A DNA stretch of 64,000 bases from Trichinella spiralis (lineage: Eukaryota), in the NCBI RefSeq assembly GCF_000181795.1, contig NW_003526943.1:1917647-1981646 (forward strand), given 5' to 3'. Positions within the stretch are counted from its first letter, which is position 1. Each line of letters starts with the position of its first letter. The notes under the pieces were generated by a model. It saw only the letters and a list, made by a program, of their open reading frames with translations, was not told the origin of the DNA and did not search any database. Both the position numbers and the translations under genes were made by a program. This document shows positions 27,190-40,300 of the stretch, piece by piece.

Positions 27190-27681
27190 ATGCCGAAGCA
27201 GATTTTTGAAATAAAGCAGTTTCTTTGTTTGGCGCGCCGAAAAGATGCTAGAGCCGTCATTATCAAGAAGAATAAATTTAACACGAAGTTCAAGGTAATT
27301 CTGAATGAAATACGAATTTTCATTCGATTGTTATTTTATTTAATGATTAAGAAAACTACATGTAAAATATTTTATATTAAACATATAATGGTTTTTAATG
27401 CACATATTTAATGTGAATTCTAAATTAGTAATGGTTTTAAATTTAAACGTAGATGCGTAAACGTTTAATTAAACAGATATATAAATTTCAAATTCGATAA
27501 TAAGCAAAAAAAATTGTATGTTGAATTCATTGAACCTTTTTGTTTTTACTTATGTATATTTCAGATTCGCACTTCGAAGTACTTGTATACTTTGGTTGTT
27601 GAAGGCGACGATCGAGCAGAAAAGATCTGTAATTCACTTCCTCCTGGATTGGTAGTGAAAAATGTGAAGCCACTGAAGTAA
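27190..27681 (+). CDS. RPL38: 60S ribosomal protein L38 (exons 27190-27294, 27565-27681)
   Basis: [35 protein letters not shown] / [12 protein letters not shown]...[12 protein letters not shown]. Confidence 0.95.
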
Positions 27682-29229
27682 TGGAGTTCTGTTATTCTAA
27701 ATAAAAAATGATTAACATGAATGAAAACATTTGTTGCGCTTGATTACGGTCGAAAAATTCTAACTCTTTATGCATCACAAGAAACAGTTTGCATAAACTT
27801 AAAAAATCGATAGCATTCGGAAAATGTAGAGCGAGATTAAGTTATTTTCAAAAGAATATAAATATAATATAAAAATATAATGAAGAACATCGATGCACAT
27901 GCTGACGTTTTGCAGTTGCAATTCACATGTGAATTGTAATTCCACTCTGAGTGTTAACCAGCTTTTGTGCTACGCATTAATGCATACAAGATCAAGGATA
28001 CAAATAGAAAAAGGAACAGCAACAATCATAACAATGAAGAATATTACAAATAAATATATCAAAGATAAATAGGGAAACAGAAAACAAACAACACAAAATA
28101 AAATACAAACATAATATGAAACTACTTGAAAAGAGGCTTAAATAAGCGGCTCATGAATTAAGTGTGATAAAGTCGCAAGAAAATCCTCCAACGTACTCGT
28201 GCGCTGTTACAATTACCTATGTATTGTTCAACACATCAACGTTGTTGATTTCCCGCATAAACGCATTTAAAAAATTGATTAAAATTAAGGTTTGTAAAAT
28301 AATTACATTTTAAAACTATTTAATTTTTGAAAACATACTAAAAAAAGCTTAAAATTGATTCAGAAATTGACCACTAATAGGAAACATTCAACTAATAAAA
28401 CGCATTTTCATTTTTTTATTATATAGCTATTATGGAATAAGCTTTGTAAATCAATTTTATTGAAAACCTATTAGTACTTATTCTAAATCAAATTCAATGC
28501 GGAAAAATAAATCCCTATCAGGACAAACATATTTAACTAATCAGTAGTAAAATAAAATGTCAAATAATACCAATCAATGTAAAGAAATCAGTTTGTTTAA
28601 CGGCTAAGCCACCGATGCTCATTACAATAGAAACAGACCGCTGTTTCTATAACAGCAGTGACACTGGCCTTCAAAATTTACATCTGCTTGTTGTATCTTA
28701 CAAAAATGCCAATCATGACAGTCAAATATGTTATTAAATTATCCACATAAAATGTATATTGAATTTTTAGTTCTATAAAAAGGAAAAGAGTTAATTGCAA
28801 AAAGATTATCTGAGCAATGTGAGGATAAAGTCTTGGTTTATATTCGCAATAAAGAGAATTCCAAATTTTGTAAAACTAGATAGTTTTTAAAACATTGCAG
28901 TTTGAGATTTTAAATATCTTTTTTCATTTCATCATAGCTCTCCTAATATTTCTACGATATGATTACCTTACTCACAGCTATATCACGGTAACATGGTTTC
29001 AGAGTATTTTTATGTTCATAGTAACGATTTCAGAACGATTTATTTCATAGAGCCACATGCAGTATAAAATTTTCTGGAATAGTTTTCCAATGCCATTAAT
29101 AAAATGATAACAACTGATATTTTAAAAAATATATCTGACGTTGTTATTGTAATTTCTGCCACAATGATTTTTTATTATCATTGAAAAATCATCAGTATCA
29201 AAAAGACATCATTTCTTCAATACTTGCTT

Positions 29230-32200
29230 TCATGCCTGTGACTCTAAAAATTAAAATTACTTGAAAAATATATACAGATATGTGTTAATGCATTAATAAT
29301 GAAAAATGGCAATGATTATTTACGTTCGTCCAATTCATTGCTTTCAGTTTGATCTTCTTCCTCGTTTTCAAAAGAATCCGGTGGAACTTTATATAGCAAC
29401 ATGACTGGCTATAAGAAAAAAATTTTCTTTAGCTCACTAAGTTGTCACTTATTTGAATAAATATTACAAACTAATCATAAAAACTTATTATTCAAACTAA
29501 ATTCATTCCTAGACATGATAAGAAAGTATACTGCTAAACAATGCTTGTAATACGAAAAATGTTTAAAAATTGGCAACAGTTAAAAACAGTTGAAATACTG
29601 TTCTTAATACTTTACCTTATTCGGATCTTTCATTAGAAGATATTTTCCAGACGGCAACTCTAAGCATTTGTCAATGAAACATCTCAAAATACCTATAAAA
29701 AATGAACTATTATTATTTTGAAGACAAAAATCTAGCCTGCTGAAACTAACCCCAAGCATTATCCATATTTAGATTGATCTGATTAGCAAATTCCGCTGGT
29801 CGAAACTGCTGTGTGCTCAAAATGACGTGTTGTGTAGTATCACGTGTGTGAATTCGAGAAATGTAACTACAATAAAATAGAACCGTGCCAGTCAAAAACG
29901 AACATTAATTAGAAATGTCCGAAACTTTACCCGAATTTAAGATAATGAGACCCTGCTAAAAGGGCTTGAACAGTCCACTTTGCCAGCTTGCAACTGTTGT
30001 TCTTCAATTCTGTCGCCAAGACTGCTCCTCGTTGAGTGTCAATTTTGCTACGCCATTCAATACCACCAGAAAACTATTAAAATATTGCATTCATAATCCT
30101 TATGCAAAACAATAAGAGTTCCACAGAACAAGAAATGACAATTAATGTAACAATTAAATAAATTACTCACTCGATAATCCCATTCATTAAACGCTTTTAT
30201 TGTTAAAAATTGCGTTTCATTTTCTGGACTTTTCATTACTCCATCATGCTCGCATCGGATCACTACATTTACATCATTTCCCAAATCCCACGTACGATAT
30301 CTAGGAGGAAAGCGTTTATTGGAATTTAAAATACAGTTTGCTTTACGAACCTGTAGCCAATGCTAGCCACATTTTCTCTGTTGGGATCGTTTTCATCTAC
30401 AAATGGCACATCTGGATGTTCAAAAGCATATTTTTCATCGTCCTAAAACAAAATAAATATATCAAAATAAGCACAATTTTCTAACTGAACAAGATATATT
30501 TATTTATACAAACCGATTTCAAAACTTGTTGCTTAAAATTCTGATTAACGAACATCGCTTCTAGAGCAAGAAAATGAGGAGAATTTATAGAATTTCCTTC
30601 ATCTTGAGGTGGTTCAATAGCAGTTTCGCTGACTGTAGGAAAATCTGAAAAAAAAAGAAAAAGCTATGCAATACTATCATTTAAACTAGTTAGCACTCAA
30701 ATCTGACCAATTTTTGATGACGATCTTTTGTCAAAAAATAGTTTGTTGCCAATTCGATGAATAACAATATCCCAAGGATATACACTACGTGTGCAGCACA
30801 TCAATGTCGCAATGATCACATCCGTCGCAAAGACTGTGTAATGTGGATTTTTCGCAAGCTGAAAAATTAATTAATAAATAAACTGCATAAATGGAAAGAA
30901 AAGCTATCAACTCACTCGCTCAATAACTGGATCGTCCGTTGTGCTTATAGTGTAATAACTTTTGAAGAAACGCCGAAGTTGCACTTCATTTCTGCCGGTA
31001 ATGCGATCAAAACTTCTTTCATAATATTCCAAGGTTCCGTAACGCTCATTTTCACTAAAACGTCAAAAATGAAATACAATTAAAATCATACATTAACCCT
31101 CTACACCTGAACAAAATCAATCCAATTTACAATAACCTAAAAAAATATCAACTGGTGACCAAAAATATTAAAATGGAAATCTTCACTTTAAATTAAGATA
31201 TTAAAAACTACGTAAACAATTTTACGAACATCAAGCACAGCAAGTTACTACGAATATTGCAAAATTAAATTCCATCAATTAAATTTAAATTTATATTACA
31301 TTACGAACAACAAAAAGTTCAAATAACAAAAGTTACATACATGTCTTCCCCATCGCCGACAGAAGGCAAATTCATTTTCTGCAGTTGAGCTAAATCGAAT
31401 TCTTCTAGCATTTCCCATTCAGGTTTTATCGTAACCGATGGCAGACGAGATTTGACTTGCTTTTGTCCTCGTCTATCGTAACGCTGACGTTGTCTGAAAG
31501 CTTTCTGAAACACTCGCCATTGATTGTGACGATCCCTACACGAAAAAAACAAACATTAAAATCCCAATGCATGCGATTATTAATTAACATAAAACAACGA
31601 ATGAACTGCTTGCTCTTTTCTTACTTTTCTCTATTTTTCGCATGTTTAGAGGATATTTGAGTTTGACTTTGCCGTTCACGGTCTTTTTGCATTTGTCGTC
31701 TAGCTAACTGCAATTGTCGTAGACGATAATTGCGTGTCGGAGCGGATTTAGTACTACGCGCCCCATCCACAAGTTGAAAGGCAGTTTCCTCTTCTTCGTG
31801 GTAATAAGCATACTGATTAGTAGATGCAGCTGCATTTGCGTTAGCTGCTGCATAGCGTCCTTGTCCTAAGACAACAACGACCATGTTTGTAAAAAAATGA
31901 AATAATAATTATTATCAATAAGCTTACCGTATCGCCGTTCTTCACGAGAAAGCTGCCCTGTCCAATCGGCAATTTTTGAAATTCGTTCACTTTTATCAAA
32001 AGCTTGATAAGGCAGACATCGAAAACTTTCCGGAATACTGACGGGACCCCATCCATTAGGATTTATTACAATTTTCTTTACTGCTTCTTGCAATGACATT
32101 TTCCATTTATTTTCAGAATCACTGTTTTCATCTTCTGTTGAATCATTTCTGTTATCAGCTTCGACATTTTCTATCGGGACTTGATCTTCAACACTTTGAA

Positions 32201-32243
32201 CCACATCTTTAGCATTTTCTATTTCAACTTCAGCGTCAACCAT
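29230..32243 (-). CDS. EIF3D: Eukaryotic translation initiation factor 3 subunit D, multi-exon
   Basis: [98 protein letters not shown]. The extreme C-terminus has two possible readings. Confidence 0.95.
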
Positions 32244-32896
32244 TTCAATTTGAGGCTAAGAACTAAAACATAAAAAGTAGTAGCCCATTTTCTACTGTTT
32301 CATTTTTTGGCATATGTTGCATTTTATATAAACTCAAAACTAGTACGGTATTTATTATGCACGATAAGATTTTCAGCTTTAATGAAGTGACAAATGATAG
32401 TGTTATAAAATACAGGTAGTCCGAACCAATAAAGTTAGTATTCACAACATGAATTACAGTAATATATAAAATGCTAAAGGTTTTTCCTACTGTATATTCT
32501 GATACTGTAATTGATTTTTAACAATAAATTTTAAAAACGAATTCCGCACTGTTAAAATAATAAGTAGAAGCATATTTTCATTATATTTCATTTATTTTTG
32601 AAGATCCTAACTGTCACTGGAGCATTTTAAAATTCAATAGTTGTAGTTACACATTTCATGAAGTTAACAGTCGTTAAAATATTAATATTTTTTTATATGA
32701 AAAAATAATTTGTTTTTTTAAATTATGAATTCCAACATTTTTTAACTGAAAGTTTTAATTTCTATAATAAAAATAAATTTTTTTATATAAGAACATTTAA
32801 ATGAATTAACAAATATGAGAATAACTTTCATTTATTGGAAAGCATCATCATTCATAATAAGTAGACAGGCAATAGTTCACTTATAAAATTGAAATT

Positions 32897-34861
32897 TCAG
32901 CCAGCAAAAATAATTTCTTCACCGAGGTCCTGCTTATTATCCACAGCACTATTTTTAGGTGAATCATTTTCATCCATATCTGAAATTCATAATTTTAACT
33001 ATTGCATACTTTGAATTTATATAAAGCAAAATTAGTTATGCTAAAAGATTAAATAGTGAAAATTTTAATCTAACTTCATCATACGGACTTGATGACCAGA
33101 ATGTATAACACGCAATGCTGATCTTAAAGTTTTAGGAAATTCAAGTTTTGGAAAATCTTCAATAACAAATTATTATAAATGGTTAGCTTTACGTAACAAC
33201 TCTGAGATTAATGTTTTTAAATTCGGAAAGTTTAATGGAGCATACTTCGAAATATTCCTGCTTTTTCTTTTTCAGACAATTTCATTCCTTTTAGAATGGC
33301 TAAGAGCTCATTTTCAATTTCCTCGTCGGTAAAATCAACTTTCTCCCGTATTAGAGAATCTTCAATATCCATCTGAACTTCTACAGCCTGAAAGTTTGAA
33401 AAAATGTAATGCTGCACCAGAAACCAAAAAGAGAAATAATAACATGTTCGATTTCGTCGAGCGTAGTCTGAATCTCACTGAAACTGATATCCGCATTCAG
33501 TTTGTTTCGAAGAGCTGTTTTACTCGTCTCCAAGGCACCAGTAACCTTCAAAAGGAAATCCAAATATCTTAATGGTAAAGCAGTCGGAAAACAAACAAAC
33601 AAACGAACACATGTAAATTGCATTCATTCATTCAGTGAAATTCATACCATTGCGTTATTTTTTGCCGACATCAATTTCAAATAAAGCGACTGCAAATTAT
33701 AAATTGCATCCAACTTATTCGCCAGAATATTTTCATGATAACGCCTTTTTAAAATAAATCTTTTTGCTTCAGAATATTTTTTTTGTCGAATAGAGGCAAC
33801 AGAAAAATCCTCCAATCTATACATATACATATCAATTCAAACTTGAAAAAAAGAGGATTTATTTTAAAAAAATAATTAGAAAATTTAGAAAAAATAAAAC
33901 TCTACTGTATTAAATAATATTACAATAAACATATAAAACAATACTGCATACTTCGAAACAGCTTCGTTGAATAATTCCACCTCAGTTTGTAATTTTGCGG
34001 TCACCTTTTGGATTCTACGAAAATTGAAGACAGATGAATACAAAGGCAAAGAACAAAATAACGTACTTGTAAATAGAAATATCAATATCTGTAATTTCAG
34101 GATAAAGGTTTTCAGAAGACAAACAAAATTTCAAAAGCTAAAATAAAAAATAATGCATATTAAAGAGAAATCTTTAAGTACATTTTTTAAATGCTGTAAT
34201 GTAAAAAAAACATCATACTGTTTCAGCATCATCGGTTTGATAACTGGATACAAGTCGCACGGACTGTAAATAAGACAAGACCAAATCGAGTGCTCTTTTA
34301 ACTGGACATATGTCAGCAATTTCGCGACGAAGTTCATTCCAAGAAATTACATTCCCAGAAATTGTCGAATCCAAAGACAACTTCTGCACTTTACACAATA
34401 TTTGTTCTCCAAGACTCTAAAATCATTAGAAAACTAAAAAAATGCATCTTTGAAACTATAAGTTTTACTTTCACTAGAGCTACATATACGTATTCAATTT
34501 CCCTTTCATCATTATGGGGGAATATATAATTCCAACCTTCTCTTAAAATTTTTTGTAAATTCTTGTAAAACCATCCGTAAAGCGAATTTTCATATTCTGT
34601 CCGAGTCATAATGATACCACTTTGTAACATTTCAAAAATGACATGATCTAAACAAGCTGGAATATAGTTCTTCCACTGGAATTCTTGTTTAAGCTGTCCC
34701 AGTGTGAAAATAGGATTCCCTTTAGAATACACTAGATTCCTTATGCTGTCCATCCAGAACTGAAGCTTCCGCGAATATCCATTTGGATTGCTTTCTTTAG
34801 AACGAAATTTCGAGAACATGTGTTGCAGTGTTTCATCGTCGACAGTCTGAGAATTTTGCAT
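32897..34861 (-). CDS. CHMP7: CHMP7-like ESCRT-II/III hybrid protein, multi-exon
   Basis: N-terminal FSKFRSKESNPNGYSRKLQFWMDSI...PACLDHVIFEM and W-rich patch, followed by a Snf7-like coiled coil (KKYSEAKRFILKRR...LDAIYNL...DEEIENEL). 3' exons are approximate. Confidence 0.82.
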
Positions 34862-35697
34862 GGCTTCCTGAAATTCACTTGAAAATAACTGATTACCTAA
34901 AATATGCGTTAATCATTCAAAGTTCTGCAAGCAGATGATAACATTTTCAAAACAGTTTTAAAAATGAATTACAAGTACAAATGAAGAAAAAATACTACTT
35001 TTAATTAAAAGCAGTAAATAATACTTTTGAAAATAAATAAATGTAATCATAATATTTTGTTCCTATATTAAAATTTCTTTTTACAGATCCTCAACTGATT
35101 TACATGCTTTTGAGTGTCGTTTTTTTAATTCAGATATTTACATATGGACTGATTATTGGAATTAATTTCGGTTATTCCCATGGCATAAATTTGTTTTCTT
35201 TCAATATTTAACTTTTCTAATTTCGTGGAAACAAATAATTTTGTAGTATCAGCTAGTTCGGCCAGTTCCCTCAACTGAGCTTCATTAATGCGCGTTGCTG
35301 GAGATCAACTTTATCTGCTTGGTACTTTATCAGCGCTTCTCACACATACTCACCAGCTAATCAAGACGCACGGAGTGATAATGCTACTTTATTCAGAGCA
35401 AACAAAACCAAGCAATATAAATCACACTAGTCAAGATAGAGCTGACCATACGCACAGAAACACTTCTACACTCACATATATGCACCTACACACAGCAAAA
35501 AATAGTTTTTGTCCGCATACTGTCTTATTCTGGATTTTCAAGGTCTATATTGATTACCATATGAGTTGTCAGTTTCTTAATTTATAACAAAACAAGTGCA
35601 CAACAGCAGTTGACAGAGCAACTAAAATTACATAATATTTTTCAATTTTTTGATTAAAAAATTATCGTATATGCCAGTTTTTCATTTCAAAACTGTC

Positions 35698-36374
35698 TGT
35701 AACGACAAGTTACAGAAGACAGTAAATGATGATCAGGTACAAGTGCCAGACGTTCATTTGTCAAGCAATCGTCAGTAGACTGTATGGTTTTGTGAACAAG
35801 GGGGTACGTTGGTCTCTGGAACATCGACTCGGGCTTGGCTTCAGTCTTCTCGGATCCGATCTCGCTTTTCTTGGGCTGTGCTTCTACCGTGCACTACTAT
35901 TGTTCTGCGGCAGCGCTCTTCGTGGCTCTATATATACAGCCCCGGGGCCAGCGGCACAGCGGGTGGATAAATCGAGCAGCCAATGGGCAGCTCGCTCACC
36001 GCGGGGGGGACTCGCTATCTGAGACGCCGATCTAAATTCCGTCGGCCTCCAGTAAGCTGCTAGGGTTCAGATCCTTGATCTTCGATTAGTCCACGACGCT
36101 GATTGCCATTTGGCGGCTTCGTCACGACGGCTGCTCCTCCAGGTCAATTGCTAACCGGTGCCGCATTGTTTACACAAGGAGCCATTGTTCCGCGAACAAC
36201 GGCTGGTACTGGGCACGCAGGGGGCCTTTTCTTACCCTGATCCGAGTGGCAAAACGGTGAGGTGGTGATCTACCAGGCCGTGCGCGCGCATTGTTCTTGC
36301 CTTGCCCGTGTGTTGTGAGTACCAGCTCATGGGTGTGTCACACCAACGAGGTCGGTGCCCGTTTGTCCGGAATA
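35698..36374 (-). repeat. 3' LTR of the BEL/Pao element; polypurine tract at 36375-36388
   Basis: Minus strand reads ggggggggggaaga (PPT), then tatt (mutated tgtt), and ends gttaca at 35698. Confidence 0.75.
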
Positions 36375-36388
36375 TCTTCCCCCCCCCC

Positions 36389-36592
36389 GAAAAGGAAAAT
36401 TATTGTTACGAGAAAATAAAGTCAGATGCATTTTGTTTTATATTTAAAAATGAAATTAAACAAAATCAGAAGTGAATTAATCAAGAAATCAATTGAGCTG
36501 GCTTATATCCATCACGCTGTTGTTGTTATTGGTAGTGGTGTTACATAAGTGAAAATGGAATTTAATTAAGCCGTGTTACGTCGTTTTGAATA
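36389..36592 (+). repeat. ~200-bp near-identical copy of 41366-41580 inserted in the BEL element
   Basis: Direct repeat gaaaaggaaaattattgttacgag...cgtcgttttgaata, with about 5 substitutions and one ~11-bp indel by eye. Confidence 0.95.
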
Positions 36593-37885
36593 TGAGGATG
36601 GGAGAGGCTGTGGAAGTGCAGATCCGAGCGACCCGGCTCACTCCGTCCCGACCTGGAAATATCTGGATCACCACCCCCAGAGGGCAGCATGTTCAGGAAT
36701 GGTTGTCTTCGATTAACAACACTGTGTCGTTGATCCCGGGGCCAAACCCGTCGTTTCTCCACTTGCAGCGTGGTAGCAGCGTGGCGACATAGCTGCTTCT
36801 CCAACGGCGTCATCATTTTGCCATCAGCTGTTGGCGACAGTGCCATCGATTCTCCCACTAGGAAGCGCCGTGATCCGTCAGACGCTAGTCTGGATCATTG
36901 CTCTCTATTGCCGGGAGGTCCATGTACTCTCGGCCAGTGAACAACTGGAATGGGCTCAGTGGCTGGGGATCTGAGGGCCCATCGTTGATGAAGGTCAAGG
37001 GACGAGCGTTGAGACACGCCTCTATTTCGCAGAGAATCGTCTGGAGCTCTCCGTCGTGCAGCAGCGCTTATCCAACAACCTTCCGTAATGATTCCTTAAC
37101 CGAATGAACTAGGCGCTCCCAGTAGCCACCCATCTACGGGGCTCTTTTGGAAATGAAGTTCCATTGGATGCGGCGCCCCACGAGCTCCCTTTGCAGACGT
37201 CCACAGTCTGCCACAGCTGGCGTAATTCTGAGGCGGCTTCCTGAAATGAGCGGAAGTTGTCGAATTGTATGGTCTTCGACCTGCTTCTTCTGGCCATGAA
37301 TCGTCAAAGGGCTTGCAGTACTTTTGCCGTGGTCATCTGAGGGACCAACTCTGGTGCACGGCGCAGGTTACCATGCAGGTGATCAGACACACGTACCTCG
37401 GCGGCGTGGCTCCCCTTCCCACTCAGACAAACAGAGGTCTCGCGATGTCCATGCCCACCTGTGACATAGCCAGCGCCTGGACCGCCCGATCTCTGGGTAG
37501 AGCGGCCATCCTAGGCTGAGCCGGACGGGCAGTCACGTGGCGGCACTCCATGCATTCACGTGTCATGCGCTTCACTTGATGACGTCCCTTCGGGACCCAG
37601 TAACGTTGTCGGAGGAAGGCCAGTGTCTGCTCCGCCCTGGCAGGTAGCTGCCGCTGGTGACATCGGTGAATCAATCCACTGGTCAACTCGTGATTCCCCG
37701 GGAGGATTGCCGGGTATTGCATGGACGCCGACAGGTCTGAGTTCACCAAACGATCCCCCCCTGCGCGTAACAGCCCGCACTCATCCATGTAGGGGTCGAA
37801 CTGGCTGATGTGACTATGCGCTGCAACACGGCCGTGGCGCACCAATGCTTCAATCTCCGCTCGGAATTCTTTATCTTGCGTCTAC

Positions 37886-38749
37886 TAACCGAGTGTACTT
37901 CAAAGGCATTCCGCTCGACGTTTGATTGGCCTTGAATTTCATTGGTTTTCATGCCGGCTAAATTTCATTAGTTGCTGTTGCGATGAGTTTTATTCGTTGT
38001 CGCAAACCTAAATTTTTACTGGTTGTCATTGTAATGCGTGCTATTTGTCAAATTTTGATTTCGTTTCAATGGTCAGTTTTCTGATATTCAAAGCTTTACT
38101 ATTTTATGATATTTATGTGATAAAATTAATTAAAATTAATTATTTAATGAAATTCAGTGAAATGGTGAATCCACGTGATCTTTCTTACTAACAGCATCCA
38201 TAACTTCTAAATTCAATTTATACTTTAATTTAAACTTATATTTAACTTCATCAAATTAAGAAACAAATTAATAGGAAGCAAACTTTTGAACAAGGCCTTT
38301 AAAATGCTCAATATTATACACGCAATTAACCAAGTCAGTTTAAATTAAAGTAAAGCGAATTTCTTAGATCTGATCAGCAGTTCTATGAATATAATTATGC
38401 ACAAAAATGAAACCACAAGCAAATTTGTTAATAAACTTATAATTTTAAAGTGCTAGTCAGCTTTTAAATGTATAATTTAGCTATTACTAATATACATATA
38501 GAAGATAAACAGTAAAACTTATTATAAAAAAGTGACCATTAAAAAGAAACCAAAATTTGACAAATAGAATGCATGAAAATGAGAACCAGTAAAATATAGA
38601 TTCCCAACAGCGAGTAAAATTCATCGCAACAACATCTAATGAAATTTAGCCGCCGTGTAAACCAATAAAATTTAAGACCAATCAGAGTTCTATGCAAAAT
38701 ATACAACCAATCAAAGTGTGAAGCGGCATGTCTTTGATGAATACTCAGG
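37886..38749. mobile_element. AT-rich long-TIR MITE nested in BEL pol
   Basis: Arms ~37889-38075 and ~38525-38748 are reverse complements (cggctaaatttcattag / ctaatgaaatttagccg; ctatttgtcaaatttt / aaaatttgacaaatag). gtctac is present on both flanks. Confidence 0.8.
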
Positions 38750-40169
38750 GTCTACCCCCTTCGGCGTCCTGTAGTTCCCTGGCTCCCTGCCGTTCTCTTG
38801 CCAGAGAGCGGCAATTCTTCGCGAATCGCCGGCAGTAGGCTCTGATTTAGAACAATTTCTCTAGATCGCCATACTTGTCCAGGTGTAGGGGATCTTCGGT
38901 GGTCATCAGGGCCCAAGTACCCGTCCTGACGTGCGTTCTCCCTCCGGTGGGATCAGTGGGCCGTGCTCAGGGTCTTCCTGCTTCCGCGGTCATGTTTGCG
39001 GCGGTCCCGCGAGCCATCTTGGATCGTGCCACCATTGGCTTCCCGCTACTAGCTTCGTCACAGCCACGCCCAGGCTCAGCCAGTCAGCCGGGTTGTTCTT
39101 CCCAGGGCAGTGCCTCCAGGACGCCGGTTCAACCACTTGTTGGATCTCTTCAACTCTATTTCAGACGAACGGCTTCCCACTGTTGGCTGCTGACCTTACC
39201 CATGCTAGAGCAACCTCGCTGTCGCTCGAACACGTGGTGGAGTGGACCTGCAGATCCAGCGCTGCCTATGCGTAATGCACCAGTCTCGCCGCGACCAGAG
39301 CCCCCATGAGTTCCAGTTACTTTGTGACACTTTGTTACAGTGGGAGACTCAGTCGCTATATGGGGGCGACGCGGGTTTTCGCAGTAACCAAGTTCACCAG
39401 CGCACGCGGAGCACAGGTTTCTACGCGCAGGTAAACCACCGTGCCGTAGGCCAGTTCTGACGTGTCGCAAAACGCATGGAGCTCGACACGTTTCACTTGA
39501 GCTAGTGATACAGGCACTAGCGTGCAAGGGACCTTAATGAGCGGAAGCTCCTTCATTTCCCACTTCCCCTGACCCACAGTCATTCCACGTCCTCTGGCAA
39601 GGGTTCGTCCCAGGACGTCCTGAGCTGCCATAGGGACTGGATTAAGATCTTGTCCCTTACCGTGAAGGGGGCCAAACAGCCTAGCAGGTCGAATATGCTG
39701 GATGCCGTGCGCAGCAGCTGGGGCTTGGAATCTCGGCCGTCGCGGCGTACTGTTTCCGGAGAGATAAAGGTCAGATGGTTCTTCTTGTGATCCAAATAAA
39801 TTCCCAGCGTCTTCCAAAGGCATCCTTTGGCTTCTGTCGACCGTTTCTTCGTTGGGATTGCACTAAGCGCAGCCGGGACGTCGCTAGCCCACTTGTACAG
39901 ATGGAACCCTCCAGATGCTATCAACTCCTCTCGTTGGGCGGCCAGCGTCCTTGCCTTATTAAGCGATTCGCAGGATGTCGCCAAGTCATCTACGTACATG
40001 TTGTGCAGCACTTCCGCTGCCGCTCGCGGTGCTGAGACCCGGTGTCGTCATACGTGCACCCTCACGGTGCTCCTGGCTAGAAAGAGGGGGCAAGTTAGCC
40101 ATTCTTTTGGTTGACTTTATTTGTTAATTGGCTAGCCTGGCAATTGTATTCGCCCATATGTTTTAATAT

Positions 40170-40300
40170 GGTGTGGCAAATTTGATCAGAAGATTATTAG
40201 CCGGCATTTAATTTCCTGAATAAATTGCTCACCTCAGTGTCGGTTCTTGCATATCCTGATTTTGAACAGCTTGCTACAGTTAACAACCTATGGATTTAGA
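40170..40300 (+). pseudogene. Short Ty3/Gypsy pol relic (RT-RNase H connection)
   Basis: Translates as AFNFLNKLLTSVSVLAYPDF, resembling the Gypsy AF.KLK..LTS.PVLA.PDF motif; surrounded by stops. Confidence 0.5.

Larger units (their letters stand above)
35698..40100 (-). mobile_element. BEL/Pao LTR retrotransposon, 5'-truncated and frameshifted
   Basis: RT NMYVDDLA, Pao RNase H ELHAFCDTSELAYGTVVYLR, integrase region GLLRAGG..RL / YPAILP / LRQRYWV..C..C / GGYWERLV; high GC relative to host. Confidence 0.93.

Noticed and set aside
35242..35490. LTR-like block (tgtag... ctaca, AATAAA on the minus strand) beside the BEL LTR
   Set aside because: No matching TSD or second copy in the window; plausible but unsupported.
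38875..40114. Plus-strand ORFs over the GC-rich region
   Set aside because: Antisense shadows of BEL pol.
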